A stretch of 33,901 nt of DNA from Candidatus Omnitrophota bacterium (GTDB lineage Bacteria; Omnitrophota; Gorgyraeia; JAGLLT01): the NCBI GenBank assembly GCA_023140385.1, contig JAGLLT010000031.1, positions 1 to 33,901 on the forward strand, given 5' to 3'. Below are positions 1 through 9,014 of this stretch, piece by piece. The notes beneath the pieces are model-generated. The model was not told where the DNA came from and did no database searches. It was given only the letters and a program-made list of their open reading frames with translations. The translations under genes were made by a program, and so were the position numbers. Each line of letters opens with the position of its first letter. Positions within the stretch are counted from its first letter, which is position 1.

Positions 1-2
1 TC

Positions 3-1178
3 GGAATTGACCCGGGATTTAGGACTGGATGTAAAGTGGCGGTCATTGATTCCCAGGGCAATTTTAAGGAATATAAACCGATATATCCGCATGAGACGAA
101 GAGAAAGATGGAGGCGGAAGAGATTTTGCTGGCCTTTATTAATAAATATGAAGCAGAGCTTATATCGATTGGAAACGGTACGGCATCAAAAGAAACGGAT
201 ATTTTTGCGCGGGATATTTTAAAAAGCCATAAACTAAGCGTTAAGTCTGTGGTGGTGAATGAGGCTGGGGCATCGGTCTATTCGGCATCAGAGGCGGCGC
301 GCGGTGAATTTCCCGATCTTGATGTGACGGTCAGAGGCGCTATAAGTATTGCCAGAAGATTGCAGGATCCATTGGCGGAGCTGGTAAAGATTGATCCCAA
401 AGCCATAGGCGTGGGGCAGTACCAGCATGACGTCAATCAAAAGGAATTAAAAAAATCGCTGGAGCTTGTAGTTGAATCCTGTGTTAATTATGTGGGAGTT
501 GAGCTCAATACCGCTTCCCGTGAACTTCTTTCTTGTGTGTCGGGGATTAATAAAACGGTTGCCGAAAATATTATAAAATACAGAAGTGAAAATTGTGCTT
601 TTAAAACCCGTAGTGAGCTTAAAAAAATAGCTCGCCTTAGCCCCCGGGTGTTTGAGCAGTGCGCGGGTTTTTTGCGGATACGCGAGAGCGAATATCCATT
701 GGATAATTCCGCTATTCATCCGGAGGCTTATCATATTGTGGAGAAGATGGCAAAGGATAAGAAGATTGCCCTAAGGGATATTGTCGGTAATGACGCGGTT
801 ATTAACACCATAGATATCACTCAATATATTACGGAAAAATTCGGGGCTCCTACGCTGACTGATATTTTAAAAGAACTAAGAAAGCCGGGGTTTGATCCGC
901 GTAAGGAGTTTGAAAGTATTGAATTTTCCGCGGAAATAAACAAGATTACAGATCTTAAGCAGGGAATGAGCCTTATCGGGAAAGTGACGAATGTAACTAA
1001 TTTCGGCGCTTTTGTAGATATCGGAGTGCATCAGGACGGGCTGATTCATATTTCTAAACTTAGCAGGCGGTTTGTAAGGGATCCCAATGAAATTGTATCC
1101 GTAGGGGATACGGTTAAAGTAACAGTTTTGGATATTGATGTTGATTTGAAAAGGATATCTCTGGAAAGAGTAGAATAG
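3..1178 (+). CDS. tex: Tex family RNA-binding transcription accessory protein (5' end outside window)
   Basis: Frame is open from position 3 and reads GIDPGFRTGCKVAVID (YqgF-like domain), then ARRLQDPLAELVKIDPKAIGVGQYQHDV, an HhH region and a C-terminal S1 domain (NVTNFGAFVDIGVHQDGLIHIS). The ORF-track start at 36 is internal. Confidence 0.95.
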   Translation, partial: GIDPGFRTGCKVAVIDSQGNFKEYKPIYPHETKRKMEAEEILLAFINKYEAELISIGNGTASKETDIFARDILKSHKLSVKSVVVNEAGASVYSASEAARGEFPDLDVTVRGAISIARRLQDPLAELVKIDPKAIGVGQYQHDVNQKELKKSLELVVESCVNYVGVELNTASRELLSCVSGINKTVAENIIKYRSENCAFKTRSELKKIARLSPRVFEQCAGFLRIRESEYPLDNSAIHPEAYHIVEKMAKDKKIALRDIVGNDAVINTIDITQYITEKFGAPTLTDILKELRKPGFDPRKEFESIEFSAEINKITDLKQGMSLIGKVTNVTNFGAFVDIGVHQDGLIHISKLSRRFVRDPNEIVSVGDTVKVTVLDIDVDLKRISLERVE

Positions 1179-1230
1179 AAATACGGACCGGCGCCTATAG
1201 GGCGCGGGTAAAGAGGTTTTGAAATAAAAT

Positions 1231-3135
1231 ATGGCGTTAATCAGCTTACAGGAAATTACACTTGCGTTTGGCGGGCCGCTTATCTTTGATAAGTTGAACT
1301 TACAACTGGAACCCGGAGAAAAGGTGGCTCTTCTGGGCCGTAATGGCACGGGGAAAACCTCCCTGATAAAGGTTATTGCCGGCCAATTATCACCTGATAA
1401 AGGCAAGGTTGTTTATCAAAAGGGTTTTAAGGCCGCGCATTTACCTCAGGAAGTACCGCCGAATATTACGGGAAATGTTTTTGATATTGTCCTCTCCGGA
1501 TTAGGGCAGAGCGCGGCTCTTTTAGCTGATTATCATCATCTTGCCCATCGTCTTCACAGCGAACATGCTCCTGAATTAATGCGCCGGCTTGACAGGCTGC
1601 ATTCAGAGATGGACCGCACTGCCGGGTGGGATCTCAGTAATCAGGTAGAATATATTATTACCAAGATGAAGCTTGATTCGGAAAGCGAATTTGAATCTTT
1701 ATCCGGAGGGCAGAAGCGGCGCGTCCTTTTGGCTAAGGCTCTGGTTTTAAAACCGGATGTCTTGCTTTTGGATGAGCCGACTAATCATCTGGATATTGAG
1801 TCAATTGGCTGGCTGGAAAGTTTTCTGGTTTCCTATTCGGGAACTGTTTTTTTTGTTACCCATGACCGTAGGTTTATGACGAATTTGGCCAAGAGGATTA
1901 TCGAGCTTGATCGCGGAAAACTATTTAGTTGGGCATGTGATTATAAGACTTTTCTTCAACGCAAGCAAATGGCATTAGACACAGAGCTAACGCACCAAGA
2001 TAATTTTGATAAAAAATTAGCCCGGGAGGAGGTTTGGATCAGGCAGGGAGTTAAGGCCCGCCGCTGCCGTGATGAAGGGCGGGTTAAAGCGTTGGAGCGT
2101 TTGCGTGAAGAAAAGAAGGCTCAGCGTAAGGCGATCGGGCAAGTTCATTTCAACGCGCTGAAGAGTGATTTTTCGGGCCGCCGTGTTATCAAGGCGGTTA
2201 ATGTAAATTTTAGCTATGAGGATAATTGTTTAATTCATGATTTTTCAACCCGGATTACGCGCGGCGACAAAATCGGGGTTATCGGGCCCAACGGCAGCGG
2301 CAAAACAACATTATTGCGAATTCTTATGGGAGAAATTCGTCCGCGAACAGGCAAGGTAATCTTGGGAACCAATATTGAGGTTGCGTATTATGACCAACTT
2401 CGCGAGCAATTAGATGAAGACAAAACAGTAATAGAAAATGTATGCAGCGCCGGGGAAACGATTATGATTAACGGCAAACCTAAGAACATAATCGGCTATC
2501 TCCAGAATTTCCTTTTTTCTCCGGATCGGGCCCGTTCACCTGTTAAGGTTCTTTCCGGAGGCGAACGTAACCGTCTTTTTCTCGCGAGGCTTTTCAGTAA
2601 GCCGTTTAATTTATTAGTTATGGATGAACCGACTAATGACCTTGACATTGAGACCTTGGAGCTTTTAGAGGAGTTGCTGCTGGAGTATTCAGGTACACTG
2701 CTTTTGGTCAGCCACGACAGGGCATTTCTTAATAATGTGGTAACTTCTACAATGGCGCTTGAAGGTAACGGGCTCATCAAGGAATACCCCGGTGGATATG
2801 ATGACTGGTTAACTCAGAGCAAGGCGAGTGTTTCGCGGGAAAAACCAAGGATAAGGGCCGGCAAAAAAATCTCAACGCCGGATAAACCGGTTGTCAAAAA
2901 GAAGCTGTCCTTTAAAGAACGGCATGAATTGGAATCTCTCCCGGATAAACTTGAAAAACTCGAATCAGAGCAGAAAGAGATTTACGTCCTTTTGGCGGAT
3001 GGTGCTTTTTACCAAAAAGATCCAAAAAAGATTGCTCAGGCTAAGGGGAGGTTAAAGTCTCTGGATGTTGAAATTCATGATGCCTTTGCGAGATGGGAAT
3101 ATCTGGAGGAATTGTCTAAATTTGATATTTTGTAG
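1231..3135 (+). CDS. uup: ABC-F family ATPase, Uup-like
   Basis: Two ABC domains (GRNGTGKT, LSGGQKRR, LLLDEPTNHLD; GPNGSGKT, LSGGERNR, DEPTNDLD), linker EEVWIRQGVKARR, C-terminal coiled coil KLSFKERHELESLP; no TM segments. Confidence 0.92.
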   Translation: MALISLQEITLAFGGPLIFDKLNLQLEPGEKVALLGRNGTGKTSLIKVIAGQLSPDKGKVVYQKGFKAAHLPQEVPPNITGNVFDIVLSGLGQSAALLADYHHLAHRLHSEHAPELMRRLDRLHSEMDRTAGWDLSNQVEYIITKMKLDSESEFESLSGGQKRRVLLAKALVLKPDVLLLDEPTNHLDIESIGWLESFLVSYSGTVFFVTHDRRFMTNLAKRIIELDRGKLFSWACDYKTFLQRKQMALDTELTHQDNFDKKLAREEVWIRQGVKARRCRDEGRVKALERLREEKKAQRKAIGQVHFNALKSDFSGRRVIKAVNVNFSYEDNCLIHDFSTRITRGDKIGVIGPNGSGKTTLLRILMGEIRPRTGKVILGTNIEVAYYDQLREQLDEDKTVIENVCSAGETIMINGKPKNIIGYLQNFLFSPDRARSPVKVLSGGERNRLFLARLFSKPFNLLVMDEPTNDLDIETLELLEELLLEYSGTLLLVSHDRAFLNNVVTSTMALEGNGLIKEYPGGYDDWLTQSKASVSREKPRIRAGKKISTPDKPVVKKKLSFKERHELESLPDKLEKLESEQKEIYVLLADGAFYQKDPKKIAQAKGRLKSLDVEIHDAFARWEYLEELSKFDIL

Positions 3136-3158
3136 TATAAGGCGGGTAACACGCAAAA

Positions 3159-3247
3159 ACAGGATTTACAAACAGGATTAAGGATAAAAAATAGGATTTG
3201 CACAAGAAACCTTACCGGGTAAAGATAGGAAAGTTGGGTATAAGGAG
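3159..3247 (+). repeat. Cluster of (A/T)(C/T/A)AGGA motifs in the intergenic leader of the GT4 gene
   Basis: ACAGGAT at 3159 and 3172, AAGGAT at 3180, ATAGGAT at 3191, ATAGGAA at 3225, TAAGGAG (SD) at 3241. Confidence 0.5.
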
Positions 3248-3253
3248 AAAAAT

Positions 3254-4276
3254 ATGCGCATTGCACAAATAGCTCCCATTTGTTTAAGCTTACCGCCTGT
3301 TAGTTATGGCGGAGCTGAACTGATTGTTAGTTCATTAACGGAAAGTTTAGTTAAACGTGGGCATGAAGTTACTTTATATGCATCCGGAGATTCCAAAACA
3401 AGTGCCAGATTGAAATCATTATTCAAAAAAGCTTTAGGGTTTGGGAAAGATTCTCCGGAATTTTGTATAGCAAATGCAAATTTTGCATTTCAAGATGCAG
3501 ATTCATTTGATATCATTCATAGTCATATAGGATTCTATGGTTTGCCATTCTCTAAATATGCAAAACCGCCAGTTGTCACTACTTTACATAATGATTTCAC
3601 CAGCAAAAATGGTACTTTTGTTGAATATTATAAAGATGCGTGTACCTTTATGGCGGTGAGTCAGAATCAATGTAAAAGAATGAAAGGACTTAAAGTAGAT
3701 GGTTATGTCCATAATGGTATTGATGTCGATCATTTTCAAGTTGGGGATAACAAAAAAGACTATCTATTATTTATCGGAAATATAAGTAAGAATAAAGGAG
3801 CTGATACTGCAATCAAAGCCGCAATCAGACTTCGGCGGAAATTATTTATAGTTGGGAAAATAGATGATGCCCACAAATTGTTTTTTGAGCAAGAAATTAA
3901 ACCCTTCATAGACAATAAGCAAATTATTTATGAGCCTTTAGCAGATAGCTCACGTAAGCAATCGTTGTATGGTGACGCAGCGTGTTTATTGTTTCCTATT
4001 GATTGGGAGGAGCCATTTGGCCTGGTCATGCTTGAATCTTTGGCTTGTGGAACACCAGTGGTGGCATTCAACCGAGGTTCGGTGCCGGAAATTATCGTGA
4101 ATGGTAAAAATGGTTTTGGTGTAGATTCATTTGAAGAATTATTGAAAGCAATTGAAGATGTTAAAAATTTAGATCCATGGAATTGCAGAAAACATGTTGA
4201 GGATTTTTTTAGTGTTGAAAAAATGACAGATCAGTATGAAATGTTATATAAAAAATTAATCCAAGCTGGAAAATGA
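3254..4276 (+). CDS. Glycosyltransferase family 4 (GT-B)
   Basis: MRIAQIAP...PPVSYGGAE N-terminus; EEPFGLVMLESLACGTPVV signature; SD AAGGAG. Confidence 0.93.
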   Translation: MRIAQIAPICLSLPPVSYGGAELIVSSLTESLVKRGHEVTLYASGDSKTSARLKSLFKKALGFGKDSPEFCIANANFAFQDADSFDIIHSHIGFYGLPFSKYAKPPVVTTLHNDFTSKNGTFVEYYKDACTFMAVSQNQCKRMKGLKVDGYVHNGIDVDHFQVGDNKKDYLLFIGNISKNKGADTAIKAAIRLRRKLFIVGKIDDAHKLFFEQEIKPFIDNKQIIYEPLADSSRKQSLYGDAACLLFPIDWEEPFGLVMLESLACGTPVVAFNRGSVPEIIVNGKNGFGVDSFEELLKAIEDVKNLDPWNCRKHVEDFFSVEKMTDQYEMLYKKLIQAGK

Positions 4277-4304
4277 AACTCCCCGCAGCAAGCCACGGAG
4301 TATT
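4275..4304. repeat. Imperfect GC-rich palindrome, possible IS200/IS605-end or REP-like relic
   Basis: GAAACTCCCCGCAGCAAGCCACGGAGTATT: arms CCGCAGC/GCCACGG around an AA core with 2 mismatches; no transposase nearby. Confidence 0.3.
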
Positions 4305-4426
4305 GGCGGAGGCGAATAAAATCTGGAAATCTTATGGATTTCTAAGGGTAATTCCGACCTACTACGAGCCAATGAGTTTTTTGTGGTATAATATTCTTGC
4401 AACAGAAAAAGGAATAAGGGCAGGAT

Positions 4427-4672
4427 ATGATTAATAATAAACACAAAGACCCTCTTCATGGTATTACCCTTGAAATGATCCTTGTGTATCTGGTTGAAAA
4501 AATCGGCTGGGAAAATTTGGCTCGAAGAATCAGGATAAACTGTTTCGCAAAAGACCCCAGCATCAAGTCTAGTCTGACGTTTCTTAGGCGAACTTCTTGG
4601 GCTAGAAAAAAAGTTGAAGATTTGTATATAACTGAAATAGGCTCTGTGTCGAAAAAGGGTACGACTCAATAA
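4427..4672 (+). CDS. VF530 family (DUF2132) small DNA-binding protein
   Basis: DPLHGITLEMIL..LVE..GWE.LA.RIRINCF..DPSIKSSL.FLRRT.WAR.KVE.LY matches the family pattern; extended -10 TGTGGTATAAT upstream (4382-4392). Confidence 0.9.
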   Translation: MINNKHKDPLHGITLEMILVYLVEKIGWENLARRIRINCFAKDPSIKSSLTFLRRTSWARKKVEDLYITEIGSVSKKGTTQ

Positions 4673-4685
4673 TCTCTTTGCTTAA

Positions 4686-4754
4686 GTGATTACGAAGGAG
4701 GGAGGAAAAACACTGAAAGAAAAACGGCTTGAGAAAAGGGCGAAAAAAAGATAA
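4686..4754 (+). CDS. Possible 22-aa Lys/Arg-rich micro-protein or remnant (MITKEGGKTLKEKRLEKRAKKR)
   Basis: GTG-to-TAA ORF translated by hand; KTLKEKRxEKRAKK resembles small basic hypothetical proteins; no clear SD before the GTG. Confidence 0.3.
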   Translation: MITKEGGKTLKEKRLEKRAKKR

Positions 4755-4790
4755 GAAAAATAACACTATTTATAAAAAAGGGGGAGTGTA

Positions 4791-4874
4791 ATGGGAGACA
4801 AGGGGCAGAAGGATAAGAACAAGGCGAGCAAACAGAAGAAATCAAAAAAAGATAAAAAGGCAAAAAAGAAGTAG
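4791..4874 (+). CDS. 27-aa Lys-rich micro-protein (MGDKGQKDKNKASKQKKSKKDKKAKKK)
   Basis: Strong SD (AAGGGGGAG) just upstream of the ATG, 14 of 27 residues Lys, intrinsic terminator 40 nt downstream; below the ORF-track cutoff. Confidence 0.65.
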   Translation: MGDKGQKDKNKASKQKKSKKDKKAKKK

Positions 4875-4913
4875 GATAAGAGACAAAAAGCAGGACTATG
4901 GAAAATGTACTCT

Positions 4914-4948
4914 ACAGCCTCAAGATTTATCTTGAGGCTGTTTGGTTT
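4914..4948 (+). terminator. Rho-independent terminator
   Basis: Perfect 13-bp inverted repeat ACAGCCTCAAGAT/ATCTTGAGGCTGT followed by TTGGTTT. Confidence 0.75.
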
Positions 4949-5165
4949 AGATATTTAATCAAAAAGCTATCAAAAGAAGGATAATTTACGCTTGCCAAAA
5001 AATGACATTAATTATTCTATAGCGCTTTTCTTAACATAAACTTCAAAAATATTATTTCTTAATATATTCATGCCTTTAAATTAACAAGTTTTTTGACGTT
5101 TTTTATATCAATTTCTAAGACTTTGCCTCTTTTGGTATAAGACATGCATAGCAAGTGCAATTCAC

Positions 5166-5194
5166 TTGCTTTTTAGGCTGATTTCTGATATAAA
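5166..5194 (+). promoter_or_regulatory. Putative sigma70 promoter for the LOG-hflKC cluster
   Basis: TTGCTT-N17-TATAAA with extended TG; -35 overlaps the inverted repeat AGCAAGTG-N5-CACTTGCT (5150-5170). Confidence 0.45.
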
Positions 5195-5233
5195 TGAGAA
5201 AAAGGGATCTCCCCTTGCTTAAGCAGGAGTTAA

Positions 5234-6274
5234 ATGATGAAGAAGATATCGAGAGAATACGAAATTGGTGATGGAGTTATAGACGGCTTAATAAATAAGC
5301 TTGCTAAGAAGTCCGGTTCTGCTGGGACCGAAGGCCTGTTGCGTGAAATACTTACGACCGCCGTTAAGTTGGGGTTGGAATCAGGCGATAAGGGGGACCT
5401 TAAGCTTGTAAATAGTACGCTGAAAGAATTAAGATATTCTTTTAAGATATTTTCTCCTTATAGAGCTGTCAAAAAGGCTATAATTTTTGGGTCGGCGCGA
5501 TCGAAAAAAACATCAGCCGAATATAAGGCAGCTGAGGAATTCGCGCGAAAGCTGACAGCAAAAGGTTACATGATCGTAACCGGAGGAGGCCCCGGGGTTA
5601 TGGAGGCCGGTAATAAAGGCGCCAAAATCGGTACAGAGTTCGCGCTGAATATTCGGCTTCCTTTTGAACAAAAGCCCAATCCATATATAGACGAAAAAGA
5701 TAAAATAATTAACTTTAAATATTTTTTTACCAGAAAGTTAATTTTTATTAAAGAGACTGACGCGACCGCTCTTTTTCCCGGGGGATTTGGTACACATGAC
5801 GAGGGGTTCGAAATGCTTACCTTAATCCAAACCGGCAAATCTAAACCCAGGCCTATAGTTTTAATAGAATCGGAAGGTTCGACATACTGGACCGCGTGGA
5901 AGCATTTTATAAATAACCACTTAGTTAAAAATGGATTTATTAAAAAGGAAGATTTTAATCTTTTTCGTATTGTGAAAACTGTTGATGAGGCAATAAAATA
6001 TATAGAAAATTTTTATAGAGTATATCATTCGATAAGATATGTTTCAGGTTTGACCGTATTAAGACTGAATAGAAAAATTTCCGGGAAGACATTGAAGCTT
6101 ATAAATCAAAAATTTAAAAACATTTTAACAAAGGGTGAAATTAAGATTTCGCCTCCAACGAGTGAAGAAATTCAAAAAGAAGAATACCTCAATCTACCGC
6201 GGTTAGTAATGAACTTCAATCAGCATGATTATGGCAGGTTATATGAGATGATCCAAGTTATTAATAAAGATTAG
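5234..6274 (+). CDS. LOG family (lysine-decarboxylase-like Rossmann fold) nucleotide monophosphate phosphoribohydrolase
   Basis: IFGSAR, TGGGPGVMEAGNKGA, FKYFFTRK, PGGFGTHDE motifs. Confidence 0.9.
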   Translation: MMKKISREYEIGDGVIDGLINKLAKKSGSAGTEGLLREILTTAVKLGLESGDKGDLKLVNSTLKELRYSFKIFSPYRAVKKAIIFGSARSKKTSAEYKAAEEFARKLTAKGYMIVTGGGPGVMEAGNKGAKIGTEFALNIRLPFEQKPNPYIDEKDKIINFKYFFTRKLIFIKETDATALFPGGFGTHDEGFEMLTLIQTGKSKPRPIVLIESEGSTYWTAWKHFINNHLVKNGFIKKEDFNLFRIVKTVDEAIKYIENFYRVYHSIRYVSGLTVLRLNRKISGKTLKLINQKFKNILTKGEIKISPPTSEEIQKEEYLNLPRLVMNFNQHDYGRLYEMIQVINKD

Positions 6275-6375
6275 ATTACAAAATTGATGAAGAAGATAAT
6301 AAGTTCAGAAAAAAGATGGGTAAGGTTATTTCACGTTTGATGTAGAAAAGGCGGGATAAAGAAAGGGAGAAAAAT

Positions 6376-7374
6376 ATGGAATGGAAAGATGTTCGTGGGC
6401 CGGATGATATTATCAACGTGGGGCGGGAAAAGTTTGGTGATACCGGAAAATTTCTACCGCTGATAGTCTTGGCTGTTTTTCTGTTGATTTTTGCTGGAAG
6501 CTCAGTTTATTCTATTGGGCCGGATGAAGTAGGTGTGGTGCAGAGATTCGGCCGCTATGCTTATACCACCTCTCCCGGCTTGCATGCAAAGCTTCCGTTT
6601 GGAATTGATAAGGTAACCAAGATCAAGGTAACCAAGATATTTACGCAGGAATTTGGTATGAGAACTCTGCGTGCAGGGGTAAAAACACAATATTCTTCCC
6701 GTAAATATCCTGAAGAATCCATAATGCTTACAGGAGATTTAAATATTCTGGATGTGCGCTGGATAGTGCAGTTCAAGGTCAAATCCGCCACAGATCTGCT
6801 TTTTAAGACCAGAGACCCGGTGGATAATGTCCAGGATGTTTCTGAGGTAGTCATGCGCCGGCTGGTGGGTGATTATTGTGTAGATGAAGTGCTTACCACA
6901 AAGAGAGAGGAGATAAATGACTTTGCTCAGATTGAGATCCAGAAGATACTCGATAATTACCAGGCCGGGATTCAGATTGATACCGTTAAACTTCAGGATG
7001 TCAATCCTCCTGATGAGGTAAAGCTGGCCTTTAATGAAGTAAACGAGGCTAAACAGGAAAAAGAGCGGATGATTAATCAAGCCTGGGAGGCTTATAATAA
7101 AACTATTCCCCGAGCCCGCGGTGAGGCGGAAAAGACCATTCGTCAAGCTGAAGGATATCAATTGGATAAAGTAAACCGCGCCAAGGGCGAAGCTGAGAGA
7201 TTTTTAGATACCTGGGCAGAATATAAAAAGGCGCCCGAGATAACTCAGAAGAGGCTATATTTGGAGACAATGATGAATGTTTTACCCAGGGCAAAAGAAA
7301 AATATATCATTGATCCTGAACAGACCTCAATTCTACCGTTATTAAATATAGGCCAGAAGGGGGGAAGTCAATAA
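6376..7374 (+). CDS. hflK: FtsH protease modulator HflK
   Basis: N-terminal TM, GVVQRFG, MLTGDLNI, AFNEVNEAKQEKER, AKGEAERF, RLYLETM; followed directly by hflC. Confidence 0.93.
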   Translation: MEWKDVRGPDDIINVGREKFGDTGKFLPLIVLAVFLLIFAGSSVYSIGPDEVGVVQRFGRYAYTTSPGLHAKLPFGIDKVTKIKVTKIFTQEFGMRTLRAGVKTQYSSRKYPEESIMLTGDLNILDVRWIVQFKVKSATDLLFKTRDPVDNVQDVSEVVMRRLVGDYCVDEVLTTKREEINDFAQIEIQKILDNYQAGIQIDTVKLQDVNPPDEVKLAFNEVNEAKQEKERMINQAWEAYNKTIPRARGEAEKTIRQAEGYQLDKVNRAKGEAERFLDTWAEYKKAPEITQKRLYLETMMNVLPRAKEKYIIDPEQTSILPLLNIGQKGGSQ

Positions 7375-8327
7375 TGAAAGGGATCTTAAGAATATTAGGG
7401 ATTTTAGTAGTTTTGGTAATAATTCTGTTTTTAAGCGGCGCGGTATATATTGTTGATGAGACCAAACAGGTGGTAATTACCCAGTTTGGTAAACCTGTGG
7501 GTGAATCGATAACTGCCGCCGGCTTACATTTTAAGACGCCATTTATCCAGCGGGCTCAGTATTTTGAGAAAAGACTTCTGAATTGGGATGGAGACCCTAA
7601 TCAAATTCCTACCAAAGATAAAAGATATATCTGGATTGACACTACCGCCCGTTGGCGGATCTCCGATGCCTTGAAGTTTTTACAAGCGGTAGGAAATGAA
7701 ATGGGAGCGCATTCGAAGTTAGATAATATCATCAATTCAGCTACGCGCGATGCCATTGCCAGCCATCTCCTTGTTGAAGCAATCAGGAATACTAATCGTA
7801 TCCTCGAGACTAAAGAGGAAGAAGAGATCGTAGTTACTGAAGAGGCGTTAGAGAAGATTAAGGTAGGACGTCAAGTTCTGGCCGGTATGATTTTGGAAAA
7901 AGCCAGGGTCATTGCTCCCCAATATGGCATTGAATTAATTGATGTGCGCATCAAGCGCATTAATTATGTTGAAGTGGTAAGAAAGAAGGTCTATGAGAGG
8001 ATGATCGCGGAGAGGAAGCGGGCTGCCGAACAATATCGCTCTGAAGGCCAGGGAAAGCGGGCTGAGATTGAAGGCCAGATGGGCAAAGAATTAAAACAAA
8101 TTACCTCCGAGGCCTATCGCAAGGCCCAGGGCATCAGAGGAAAGGCGGACGCTGAGACAACCAGGATTTATGCTGACGCGTATAATAAGGATCCTCTTTT
8201 TTACTCCTTTTTAAAGACATTAGAAACATACCGAAAGACGATTGATGAGAAAACTACTATAATTTTAACAACCGATAGTGATTACTATCAATATTTAAAA
8301 GGGCTTAAGTCTGTAACAGTGGATTAA
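7374..8327 (+). CDS. hflC: FtsH protease modulator HflC
   Basis: N-terminal TM, VITQFGKP, GLHFKTPFIQ, DVRIKRIN, VYERMIAER, IYADAYNKDP.FYSF. Confidence 0.93.
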   Translation: MKGILRILGILVVLVIILFLSGAVYIVDETKQVVITQFGKPVGESITAAGLHFKTPFIQRAQYFEKRLLNWDGDPNQIPTKDKRYIWIDTTARWRISDALKFLQAVGNEMGAHSKLDNIINSATRDAIASHLLVEAIRNTNRILETKEEEEIVVTEEALEKIKVGRQVLAGMILEKARVIAPQYGIELIDVRIKRINYVEVVRKKVYERMIAERKRAAEQYRSEGQGKRAEIEGQMGKELKQITSEAYRKAQGIRGKADAETTRIYADAYNKDPLFYSFLKTLETYRKTIDEKTTIILTTDSDYYQYLKGLKSVTVD

Positions 8328-8335
8328 AAGGAAAT

Positions 8336-9007
8336 ATGAGATATGTAACTTCTCGAGAGATGAAGGAGATAGATAGGCGGACGATAGAGGAGTTTGGCAT
8401 ACCCTCGCTTATTTTAATGGAGAACGCGGGTAGGGGTGCGGCTGAAACTGTGCTTGGTATGTTGTTGGACAAAGACAATAAAAAGGTGGTTTGTGTTTGT
8501 GGGAGAGGTAATAATGGCGGGGATGGATTTGTATGCGTTAGGCATTTGATTAATGCCGGAGTTGATGCGGAGGTGTTTTTGATAGGAGAGCCTTCCATGT
8601 TAAAAGGGGAGGCGAAGATTAACTTTGATATTTTGAGAAAAATGGAGGCAAAAATCAAAGTTTTAAAAACCGATAAAGATTTTGAGCTCTTTGAAGAAAA
8701 GTTGAAAGATGCTCAACTTATTGTAGACGCGATTTTTGGAATTGGTTTGTCCGGTGAGATAAAAGAGCCTTATGGTATAGCTATCAAGCTGATGAACCGG
8801 TCTAAAAAGCCTATTTTGGCAATAGATGTACCCTCGGGTTTAGATGCTGATACGGGAAGCATGCTTGGGATTTGCGTAAAGGCTGAGAAAACGGTTACTT
8901 TTGGTTTGCCGAAGACAGGATTTATTAAAAATGACGGCCCTTCAAGCGTCGGAGAGTTGATCATAGCGGATATTTCTATTCCAAAACAGCTTTTAAAGGA
9001 GAAATAA
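8336..9007 (+). CDS. nnrE: NAD(P)H-hydrate epimerase (stand-alone YjeF_N)
   Basis: LMENAG, CGRGNNGGDG, VDAIFGIG, AIDVPSG, TVTF motifs. Confidence 0.92.
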   Translation: MRYVTSREMKEIDRRTIEEFGIPSLILMENAGRGAAETVLGMLLDKDNKKVVCVCGRGNNGGDGFVCVRHLINAGVDAEVFLIGEPSMLKGEAKINFDILRKMEAKIKVLKTDKDFELFEEKLKDAQLIVDAIFGIGLSGEIKEPYGIAIKLMNRSKKPILAIDVPSGLDADTGSMLGICVKAEKTVTFGLPKTGFIKNDGPSSVGELIIADISIPKQLLKEK

Positions 9008-9014
9008 CAAAAAT

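Noticed and set aside
1186..1210. GC-rich hairpin between tex and uup
   Set aside because: Short and imperfect with no U-tract on the + strand; cannot be supported as a terminator.
7..1406. ORFs 7..222(+), 447..734(-), 876..1406(-)
   Set aside because: They overlap Tex/Uup in alternative frames and have no recognisable motifs.
4256..4669. 137-aa minus-strand ORF
   Set aside because: Shadow of the VF530 gene; no family features.
6275..6350. Possible gene remnant between LOG and hflK (..YKIDEEDNKFRKKMGKVISRLM*)
   Set aside because: Looks coding-like, but I recognise no family and it is too short to support.
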